The notes beneath the pieces are model-generated. The model saw nothing but the letters and a program-made list of their open reading frames with translations. It had not been told where the DNA came from and did no database searches. The position numbers and the translations under genes are program-made. DNA of 29,900 nt from a virus (taxonomy: Duplodnaviria > Caudoviricetes). Positions 10,501-22,500 of this stretch are shown here, piece after piece (the first letter of the stretch is position 1; every line of letters starts with the position of its first letter). The DNA lies in the IMG/VR virus record IMGVR_UViG_3300037427_003387, positions 1 to 29,900 of that record, one strand, 5' to 3'.

Positions 10501-13500
10501 GATCCACCGTTAAAGTTATGATCACCTATAGTCAACACCATATCACCTGTAGTAGGCTCATATGTTGCAGCAGAAACTAGGTAGTTAGCACGAGGTGTCT
10601 TACCAACTTGGACGGTAAAATCATTACCAGAAACACCAGAAACTTCTAACCATCTATGTGATGCATAATCAGTTGGTCTAGGATAAGAATGATTAGATGC
10701 ATTATTATCCATGTCACAGGTCATTACTAGAGAATGATCAGCGATTCTTATATGGTCACCATTTGCAAATGGGTTGTTAGCAACTGTTAGTGTTAATACA
10801 CCAGTAGCAGCATTATATGCAGCACCAGTTGCTGAGTACTTAGCATGACCTACTGCCTTAATTTCAATAGCATGATCGTATGCTCTATCTCTCTTCGCCT
10901 TAAGTCCGTTATTAGCAAATGATTGGAAACTGTGTGTGAATGATCCACCAGATCTGATTGATCCTCTCTTAACAGCACCAACTACTGCTCTCTTAAATGT
11001 ATGAATAGAAGTGTTGGTAGAAGGAATAGTATCTAATACTTGTACTTGGAATGTATCGTTAGTAACATTCTGAAGTGTCAACCACTTATTACTTGCTGGA
11101 TCACCATGTCTAGGATAAGCATGCTCAGTTGCATGATCATCTTTACCACATGTGAAGATCAATGAATTGTCTTCAAACATGATCTGCTCACCATTTGTCA
11201 TTCCATGACCAGCAATAGTAACAGTCATAAGACCAGTACCACCACTGTATGAAATTGCGGTTGGAGTAACTCCGACAGCAGGTTTGAATACGTGAGTTGT
11301 AGTGTTAGAAGATGCACCAACGTTAACAGTAATGGTACTATCATCAACAGCAGTTACAGAAACAGCATCTTGATATGCTGGGTCGTCACCAGATGCACCA
11401 CTCTCTCCATTTGCACGAGGATAGAAGTGATCAGTTTGATAGTTATCTAATCCACAAGTAAAGCAGAATGCTTTATGGTTAATGTATACGCTGTGAGCAG
11501 TTGTAATACCGTGGTCAGGACCAACAGTGATTACCATTACACCTGTATTAGGATTGTAATCTACATTCTGAGGATCGAAACTCTTAAACTCAGACTTACC
11601 AACAAAGATCTTGTATGTGTTAGCATCGATATACTCGATAGGCTTCCACTTACCGCTAATAGGATCAGAAGATCTAGGATAAGTCTTATCACTGGTACTT
11701 CCGTCCATTGTGCAACGCAAGGTTATTGCATTGTCATTAATCTTAACAAGTGATCCTTCATCCAATCCATGAGCATTAGAAGTAATTGTTAAGTAACCTG
11801 TTACTCCATCGAATACAGCATTTGTTGGAGTGAAACTATCTTCAGTAGATCTTGGATATGCATGTGTAGATCCATAAGAGTCTTGACTACACTCCATTGT
11901 GATTCCACCAGCAGCAATCTGGACGCTCTGACCAACCTTAAGTGGATGAGTACCAACAGTGATTTCCATATCACCTGTAGTAGGCTCGTATGATGCATTA
12001 GTTGGTGTGTAACTAACAGCAGCAGTTGTGCCTACGTTAACATCAAAACCATTCTGAGATACATTAGAAATCTGTACCCACTTACCACTGATAGGATCAG
12101 TGCCTCTAGGATATGCATGAGTACTGGAATCGTTATCCATGTCACAAGACATATCTAAAGCATAATCATCAATCTTAATGTAATCTCCATTAGAGAATCC
12201 ATGATTTCCTAATGTCATTGCCAAGACACCTGTGCTTGGTGTGTAGGTAGCACCAGTTGGTGTCCATCTTGTTACACCATCATCAATGATTCTAAGTGAA
12301 TTATTATATGCAGGATCAGTTGTCCTTGGATATGAATGAGTGGTATTATTACCATCCATTGTGCAAGTAAATGTTATAGCATTCTCAGGAAGTTTGATGC
12401 TGTCATTACCTTTCATTAAGGTAGCAACAGTTATACTCTTAGGTCTAGCAGATACAAACGCATGAGTTGTAGTATTTGTAGATGGAATATTGAATAAGAC
12501 TTGGACATCAAATGTATCCTTAGTGACATTATTAACTGTCATCCACTCATCACTAAATGGGTCAGATGCCCTAGGATATGAGTGATTAGTCTGATCACTA
12601 TCTTGATCACATGTGAATGTTACGAATCCATCCTCTACCTTAATTCTGCTGCCATTCTTAAGACCGTGGTCAGCAACAGTCAATGTCATAATACCTGTAG
12701 AAGGAATATATGCAGCATTGGTTGGTGTTAACTGTGCAGGAGCAACAAACTTATGCTTGTAATTACCACCAGTAGCAACTGTTGCTCTGACAATAGCACC
12801 TGTTAGAGCACTCTTAAATGTATGAAGAGTTACGTTAGTTGATGGGATATTCTCAAGTACATGCACATCAAAGGTATCATCAGTGCAATTTGATATAGTT
12901 AACCACTTATTGTTTACTGGGTCGGATGTCCTTGGATATGAGTGGTTAGTAGCATTAGCATCCTTTAAGCATGTGAATACAAGTGAATTAGTATTAATCT
13001 TAATACTCTCTCCATCCAGGAATCCATGATTAGGTACTGTAAGAGTCATCCAACCTGTTGTTGGATTGTAGTTGGCACCTGTTGGTGTGTATGCTTCAGT
13101 TGATGGAATGAATGTATGATTATAAGCACCACCAGATCTTAGAGCATTGGAAACAGCACTCTGGAATACATGGGTTGTTGTATTGGAAATTTGACCATCA
13201 CCAACATCCAATGTTATAGATCCAGTCTGTCTATGTAATGAATTGTTTTCACAAGATACAAATGTATGATCGTAAACATCATTAACACCAGACTTACCAA
13301 CATGGACAGTAAAACTAGTATTACTTACATTAGAAATAGGTAACCAATGTCCAAATGTAGGATCTGTCTTTCTAGGATATGTGTGGTTAGTAGCGTTATT
13401 GTCTTTAGTGCACTGTAATGTAATAGCATTCTCATCAAACATTACAAAGTCATTTGCCTTCCAAACAGCATTAGATGCCACAGATTGAAGCACATGAGTT

Positions 13501-16500
13501 GTAGTGTTAGAGATAGCACCTTCACCTTGGAAGTTACCAACGTTAACATCGAATGAATTACTACCAACATTAAATGCTTTTAACCACGTGCCACTAGCAG
13601 GGTCAGATGATCTTGGATATGCATGATCTGATGCTTGACTATCTTCATCACAACGGAATGTAAATCCACCATCAGCAAGGAGTAACATATCACCATTCTT
13701 AACGCTATGACCATTGAGGTTAATTCTCATGGTACCTGTAGCAGGATAGAATGTAGCACCAGTTGGTGACATTGTGCTATGGTTGCCGAAGCTGTTACTC
13801 ATAGTAACTACCATAGTACCAGCAGTAGGATTATACTGGACGTTAGTTGGACTATGATCTGTCTTACCTACTTCGTGGATAGGAATATTTGTATCATAGA
13901 AGTAATCCTTCTTATGTGTAATACAGTTTGTAGCAGCAGGAGCAACAAAACTATGGATAGTAGTATTTGTTGATGGAATTACATCTAATACTTCAACATC
14001 GAAAGTATTCTGTGTAACATCGTGAATCATCATCCACTTACCACTGATAGGATCAGAAGATCTTGGGTATGTGTGGTTGGTTGCATCAGCATCCTTCTTA
14101 CATGTGAATGTTAGAGAGTTATCAGCAATCTTGATGTAAGAGTATTGAATGAATCCATGATTAGGTACTGTAAATTTAATATGACCTATATTTGGATCAT
14201 ATGAAACGTCTGTAGGTGTGTGAGATGTTGTAGCAGATCTTGGATAAGCATGATTGCTTGATTGTCCATCTTGATCACATCTAAATGTGATTGCATTATC
14301 TGCCAATCTAACACTATCACCAGCATGACGTAAACAATCAACAGTAGAAGTTGAGTAAGTATGATCATAAACACCACCACTTACAATCTGTGCTCTAGTA
14401 ATACAGTTACCTACAGCACTAGAGAATAGGTGAGTTGTTGTATTACTCTGAGGTATATCTGTGTTAACAGTAACATCGAATGTGTCAGCAGTTACATTAG
14501 AAATCTTTAACCATGATCCAGAAGCAGGGTCACCAGGACGAGGATAAGCATGAGTAGTCTGATGATCATCCATAGCACATGTTAATAATATGCCATAATC
14601 ATCAATCTTAATCTGGTCACCATTTTCCATACCATGACCAACAACGGTTACTGTCATAACACCTGTAGTAGGATTATGATTAACATTTGTTGGGGTCATT
14701 CCACTATTAGGAACGAAGGTGTGTGCACTTAGATCTGATATAGCACCATCACCAACGTTAAGGGTAATAGTAGTATCTGTTGCAGATTGGATCTGAATAT
14801 TCTTATTGTAGAATGGATCATCACCAGTAGCACCACCTTGACCATCAGCACGAGGATAAGCATGGGTGCTATTATTAGCATCCAAGAAACATGTGAATAC
14901 TATAGATTCAGTTGCTAACCTTACACTATGACCAACCTTAAGATTGTGGTTACCAATAGTTGCAACCAGCACACCACTAGAAGGATTAAATGTAGCAGAG
15001 CTTATTGTGAATGGAATAGCAGGTGTCTTACCTACATGGACATCAAATGAATCCTTAGATACATTACGGACATCCATCCACTTACCACTCATCTGATCAG
15101 ATGACCTAGGATAAGCATGTACTGTTGCATGGTTATCCATTGAGCAAGTGAAACTTACTCCACCATCAGCAATCTTAACAAAGTCACCTTCAGCAAAGTT
15201 ATGGTCTGCAACGGTTACTCTCATCAAACCAGTTTCACCGTTATACTCACCACCAGAAACGCTATGAATGCTAGACTGACGGAAATTAAACTTCCTGTCT
15301 GTGGTTAATACTAACTTACCATCACTACCAGTAAATGTAGCACCAATGATGTCATAGTTAACTGTTGGTGTAGTACCTACGTTAACCGTAATAGAATCTG
15401 AAGTAACAGCAGTAATTCCTATTGGCTCATTGTGTGTTGGGTCAACAGGTCTTGGATAACTATGCTTAGTCTTGTGATCATCCATGTCACAAGTAAATGT
15501 CAATGACTGTTGTGACAGTTTAATATTTGTGCCGACTGCTAGATCGTGTGATCCAATGAATAATTGAAGAGCACCAGTAGTAGAATTAAATGTAGCAGAA
15601 GTAGGTGTGAAACCTTTGATTGGAGATGGACCAACATTAACAGTGAATGTACCACCTTCTATATCAGTCTCAACAACTTCTAACCACTCACGAGTAGCAG
15701 GATCGGTTGCTCTTGGATAAACATGATCACTATAGTGATTATCCATTGAGCAAGTAAATGTCATGCTATTCTGCATGATCTGAATCTGCTCACCTTTAAC
15801 AATCTTATGTCCAGGTACTGTTAGTTTTAACCAACCTGTATCAGCAGTATATTCTGCATAGGTAGCAACATGGGTAGAAGCACCAACAAAACGATGCTGA
15901 CCGATGTTCATTTCTAACTCACCAGTATTCTGATCGTAAGTAGCATTAGAAACATCATACTCAACTTTAGGAGTAGATCCTACATTAACAGTGAAGATAT
16001 CATTATTGACAACAGACTCAACTAATAACCATTGATCACCAGCAGGGTCTTTCTGTCTAGGATAACCGTGCTTAGATTGATGATTATCTTGTGCACAAGT
16101 AAAGATTAAAGATCCATTTTCTATTCTTACTTGATCACCAGTCTTAAATCCATGATCATCAACAGTTAATGTTAATACACCACTATCAGGATCGTATGCT
16201 GAATCAGTAGCAGTATGAGTTGTATGATCTGACATTCCATGATTAGGAACTGTCAGAGTCATAATACCTGAATCTGGTTTGTAAGTTGCAGCAGTTGCCT
16301 TATGATCAACACTATAAGTCTCTAATACTTCAACAGCAGTATTACCAGCAGGGTCACCAGACCGAGGGTAAGTATGAGTTGTAGCGTTAGCATCTTGGTC
16401 GCATGTAAAACTTATAGAATTGGTTGCTAATCTAAGGAATGTACCTTCTGTATGATTATGTGAACCAACATTCATTATTAGATCACCAGTGCTGGAATCA

Positions 16501-19500
16501 TATGCAGCATGGGTGCAGTCATACTTGATAGTAGGAGCAGGACCAACATTAATTGTAAATGTGTTAATTGTAGAAGGCTCACCAGCACAGATAGAAGTAC
16601 CACCTTGGACACCATATCCAGAGTAATCTGATCCAGTCCATCTTCCAGGATCTGTATCAAGACCTGTATATCCACCACCTTGTGTTTCAGCAGTACCAAC
16701 AGATACACCGTCAATCCATAATTGGACTTTACCTTTACCAGAACCTTGGTTACCACCAACGTTGATCTGCCATACTAATTCATGGTCACCATCATCAAAG
16801 TATGCACCCAAAGTGCTGATCTGTAGATCAAGCATTGCCATTGCAGTTTCAGTATGACCCGCACCACCAGCATATGCATTAGCACCATTACCAGCACGAA
16901 GTCTTAAATATGTGCCATTATCTCTAACACCTATCCATGAACCAGCACCAGTACCACCTGATTCCCAGATGACACCATCAATAGGATTGGATGCTAATTT
17001 AACAATACAACGGAATACTGCATCCTCAGTACCTACTAAACCAGTGGCACTATCAGTTGTAGAAATCTTATCTTCACCAGCTTTGAATGATCTGGTAATA
17101 ATATTATTAGATTCACCCTCTATTAATCCATCCTCATCTGAGTTGAATAGTGAAGTTGTAGGTCTTGGGACAGCATCATAGAATCTCTGATCTACAGTCC
17201 AACCAGCATTATTACTGATTACCTGACCCTTCATCGCACGAATTGCATATTCCTTCGCTTTGTTAATAATCCAGTTAGTCTCAGCAGCAGCGTTAGTAAC
17301 ATGATCTAAGTTACCTGAGTAGTTTGTATAGAACTCAGATGCATACTGAAGCATATTAGTACCACCATACTTGAGGTTGAATACCATCGCTCTAAGTATG
17401 TCAGTAACGTCATGGACGCAGTTAACAGGACCACCAGGAATTGCTAAGTTTGGATATTGCACTAAACCAGCAGCAACTGCTTGCTCTGCAACGTATCTGA
17501 TGTTTCCATCAATAGCATCACCACACTGAGCAAATAGAAGGTCTTTAGGATTCTGATTGTAACTCTGTACTGGTTTTGATTGTATTGTTTCTGACATATC
17601 ATAATCTCTACCAAATGCATTACGCATTGTGCAGGTCAAGATATCTCTTAAAATCTTAACTACAGTTATAGATGCTTCCCACTCAGTCTCAATATGCTTA
17701 AGTGAATCGTCTTCTGTCTCAACATATAATGCAGCAGCATCCCATACTTTCTCGTTACAATTCATACGCAAGTCATGAACCATAGCTTCGATCATGTCTA
17801 AAACATCATCTTCACAATTAACATGACCACCAGGAATGTTTAGAGTCTCATACTTGGAAAGGTCATTCATTATGCTGACACATTCCCTAGCGATGACTGC
17901 TCTGTTATTCCAGATCATATTAGCAGCATCAAGATATCTGTCGTTATTTGCTCTTTGAATATTATTAGGATATCCTTCAGAGTCCTTAACGATTGTAGAA
18001 TCTCTATATGCTGTTTTACTAGTCCACTGAGGGGCATAGTATTCTTCATGTGCCCATGCAGGAGCATTCAATGCATTACCATCATTATCTAATAGTGAAG
18101 AAGGAACTTCACCAGGAGACATTAGAAGGTTATTAACTGCCTTCATAGCAAGCATACTAGTATATTCAAATGCATCATTTAATGCACTTAGCTCATGCTC
18201 AACATGAATTATATTATCTTGACTGTCAAGATACTTGTCTATAGCAGATTGTACGTTATAGGTACCACCAGTTACTAAGTCAGCAATTACAGCAGGAATG
18301 ATATATCTCTTAATATCATTCCTACACCCTGACGCTCCAGTACCAGGAATTTCAAGGAAGTCAAAGACTACACTATCAATAGTTGCCTGATACTTATTCT
18401 GCACATATCCTTCTACTTCTTCAGCAATATAATCTCTATTCTTCCAAAGTTGGAATCCACCTTCTCTGAATCTCTGATCGTTAGGTGCAATAACCTTAAG
18501 AAGATCAGTCATCAAAGTATCAACTTCATCTTGTACTGCCTGTGATGCAGGAGATGAGAAGTTATTAGGTATTCTATATCTTGTAGTATATGTTCCTGTT
18601 AGAGTTGTACTAGTTGTAGTTATTATTTCCTTAGTAAGTTTTGCTACTTCATTCCAAACATATAGAGATTGTAGAATCTCTTCTCCAATGAAATCTAACT
18701 TACCACTAACTGTTAAATATGTCCTTGCAGTATAGATGGTGTGATAGTTACCACCTTCTCTAAGGTCTTTGATTAGAGCACCAAGGATATAGTCCTTAGT
18801 ATCTCTGATACATGTATCAGTACCACCATAGCTGTTTTCACCAGGGACATCACCACGAATAGTGAAGTCACTAAATGCTGCCTTCATTCTACCTACAGCT
18901 TCTTCAGCAATGTAAGCACCGTTAAGGTCAATGATGTCAGCACAGTCTCTATAGTCCTGACGACCTAGATCAATTTCCTCAGCAATGATTGCTAAGTTAG
19001 CATAGTCGATTACTTTAGAAGTTGCAGAAGATGATCTCTGACCACTATACTTAGCATATACTTCTTCAGTAGATAGTATAAATGGTGCTTCCCCATCTAG
19101 ACCAAATACAATGTTAGCATCAGTAAAGTCTGGATTAGTAGGTGAAGTGAATCCCGTTGTGTAATCACCAACACCCTTCTTAACAATAACGTTATCTACA
19201 TGTCCTGACCAATGGTTAGCACCGTTAAAGTCTTGACCAACATATAGAGCAGCATATAGGTAATCGTTGTTATCAACATAGTTACCACCAAGTTGAGCAC
19301 CATTTACATACAACTGAGTAACATTATCCTTTCTGGAGACAGCAATGTGCATCCATGAACCAGTTGTTGTAACTACGTTACCACTGCTAAGAAGTAAAGT
19401 TGTGCCATTATAAACCTTAATTGCTTGGACATCTTGGACAATTCTCAATCCCTGAGAAGCACTTAAACGACGGAAGTCAAATAAAGTCTGAAGAGTTGTA

Positions 19501-22500
19501 TTTACAGCAGGACGTATCCAACCTTCAATTGTGAAGTCTCCAGTACCTAATTCGTAATCTGTAGATGCAGGACTACTTAATGATCCATTTGAAGGAATAT
19601 AGATGGATTTCGATCCACTCAATTCTGCTTTCTTAACAATTACACTTTGAGTGCAATTTGTGTAAGTTAAAGTGGAATTAGTGATATATTCATCAGCAGT
19701 GAATGTACCAGTAATAGGTCCAGCGAATAACCACTTAAGACCAGAATTAACTCCAATTGCGGAGAATAGTGCTCCAGAAGACATACCCTTGATTTGGTCA
19801 CCAGTTATGAATAAACCAGTTGACTTATCCTTATAACCAATCTTAGTTGTCCTGATTGTTTCAGAATCTTGGAATGTGCCGTCTGTAATAGATGCAATTG
19901 CATTAACGTTAGCTAAAGTACCTGCTGTCATTGCAGTTGTAGCAATGGATTTCAAGGTATCGATAGAAGATTTAACGTTAGCACAGTTACCAATATTTTG
20001 ATTATTACCAGATGCATAGTTTGCATCGTATCTATTAGCAGGAGCAACACCACCACTGTAAGTAGTAGGATCATTAAGGTTATAACCAACCCCACTCATA
20101 TCCTTCCAATACATTAGGTTATTGATTGCACTATGCATCAATGTACCAGCAGTTGTAAAGGCATGGACTGCTTCTGCTTCTTCACCAACAATACCGTTAG
20201 TTAGAGGGACACCAGCATCATCGAAGAATTTTTTAGTGAATTCAACTGTATTATAGTTACCACCAGATCCAACATCAGCAGCGATAGAATCAATGAAATA
20301 ACCAAGGTCTCTTCTGCACTTTTCTTGATGAGGTGAGTATGTACCAACACTTTCAGAAGGAAGGTCAGCTAGACTTGCATTATTCAATGCCTCATCAATA
20401 AACTCATGTAGAGTTGTAATTGCTGCCTGAACGTCTGAGCAGTTGTCAACACCATCATTTGCAGCGTTAGATCCAGCAGTACCGTAAGCATCTCCAGGTG
20501 AAGGGTCAGCAGTGATTGTAAGGTCTTGATATGCCGTCCAAGAGTCTCCAGAGTTAACAGCACTAACTGTACCTGAATATTGGTTAGCAATTGCTTCTTT
20601 CATCCTATCCCTTGCTTTTTCAAAGGCATAACGTGTTTCAGCAGATTGAGCACTTACATAAGTGAATGTTCCGTTAGTATCGAAGAATTGTTGAGTAAAC
20701 TTACGAGCATATCGGTTTCCACCTGCATAGATGTCTATAGAGATTGCATCGACTAAAAATTCGATATCTCGCTTACATTTGGCATCTGAAGGAATTGAAG
20801 AAGAAGGATATTGGGTTTTCATGTCATCAAACGCCATTCCAGCGATTAATGCCTTATTCTTCTGAATCATCCTGTAAGCGTCTTTAAAACGACTCCAGTT
20901 GTTAGTAATAACGTCAGATGGGAAATAGTAGTCTGGATAGTCAATTGCAATACTTGCTTCAGCGAAATCGATGATTTCATCCTTATTATTCAGGATATTG
21001 CGTTTTCCATCAAGATATCTGTTTGCAGCAATTCCGTGGAAGGTAGATACTGGATTTCCGTAGAATGCCTTCTTATTACGGATAGTCATACCATCAGTAA
21101 GCACACCACCAGTCAATTGACTGTAAGTAACCTCAGTAGTCCTAACTTCTTCAAAATTCAAGAAGTCAGCGTTAATTCTATTCTCAGAATCATAAAGTTT
21201 GGTTGGAGTAATAGAAGACTTGGAAATATCATCTAGGATGACATTAGGGTTAGTTAGACTAACTAGACGCTCAAATAATAGTCCGAAGAAGGTAGTTCCC
21301 TTGTTAATGATTAATTCTTCAACAACTTCATTATTAATAGGATCAGTGTAAGGTGCGATGTATGTAATCTGGCCTGCAATCTTAGATGAGGCAGAATAAA
21401 TGTACTCATTGAGTCTAAAGTCAAAGATACCAGTTTCAAACCTAGGAGTACCTGAAGTCTTACTTACAACCACTCTATCGGTTATAGCACCTTGTGTATC
21501 AACGTTAGTCTCTTCAATATAAGCAGTATCACCATCTAAGTTAGTAAGTGCTTCACCAAACTGGAATATAGTAGGACTGTTAACTAGGGTTACAGTTTCT
21601 ACTAATGCAGCAAATAATTCACCTCTCTTAATCTGCTCATTGAGATCGAAGGTACCAGTTAAGTTAATAACGTCAATATGATTAGTACCAGAATCAATAA
21701 CAGTACCAATTGTGTCACTATTTTCTCCCTGAACCTGCTGACCTAATGATGGGAAAATACCATAGTTAGATCCACCACCAGACTGATAAAGTGCAATTCT
21801 ATAGATTGGTGTTGGGGTAACTGCCATAATTCTATAGTTAACCTTAGAAGGTGGTTTAGGTGGCTCAGCAAATACTAAACTACCACCAACGATCTGATAA
21901 GAATCACCAGGAGACTGAATGATACCATTCAGAGTTATCATCAACTGGTCTTGCTTAACGATTATAGTCTCACCTTCTACAGTAACTGGGAATTGTTTCT
22001 TAATACCATCAAACTGATCTTGGATACTATCAAGTTTCTTAACGATAGAAGTTAGAATTTCCTCAGAAGAAGTTAGACGCTTCTTACGGAAAAGAACCTC
22101 AGTATTGTTGTAGTCGGTATAGATTGGTTGTGCAGCACCAAATGATGTAATCTGGTTTACATTACTATAGTTGTTAATATTAACTTTCTTAGTAAACTCA
22201 GTACCAATTCTACGTCCAGATACGTCCTTACCACCAGTCAGTTGTAACTGACCAAACATGTTGAAACCAGCAGGGTGGTTATTTTCTAATACCTGTGTTT
22301 TCCACTCTGTAATAGGAATCTCAGACTGGACAACATATGAGAAGTTCTGATAGAAGAAACTATCTTGGATCTTCTGGACAATCTCAGATGGTTTACCAAC
22401 GTCATCAATAAATCGGCCTGGTGTCTTCGTTAGGGAGCCAATATTCAGCACACCACGAGCAATAGAGAAGTTATCGATAATACCAGATGCTTTAGATATC

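Larger units (their letters stand above)
7440..21030 (-). repeat. Seven helical repeat units (R..DA...I..N...IA / C.RD...D...GGN / V..AI.TL), interrupted by LamG domains and the nested array
   Basis: KCKRDIEFLVDAISIDIYAGGN, KCRRDLGYFIDSIAADVGSGGN, TCIRDTKDYILGALIKDLREGGN, GCRNDIKRYIIPAVIADLVTGGT, NCEDDVLDMIEAMVHDLRMNCN, NCVHDVTDILRAMVFNLKYGGT, FANDVIKAVRYDLVTSGN. They occupy ~19920-21030, ~17227-18960 and ~7440-8292. Confidence 0.8.

Noticed and set aside
8373-16562. CRISPR array, DNA tandem repeat or DGR template/variable pair
   Set aside because: Similarity is at the protein level with divergent codons. I saw no identical spaced DNA repeats, adenine-specific variant pair or reverse transcriptase; a dot-plot would confirm.
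8373-16562. Inteins or introns explaining the insertions
   Set aside because: No intein C/S...HN-C/S/T junctions or homing-endonuclease motifs and no frame breaks. The inserts are copies of the host domain itself.
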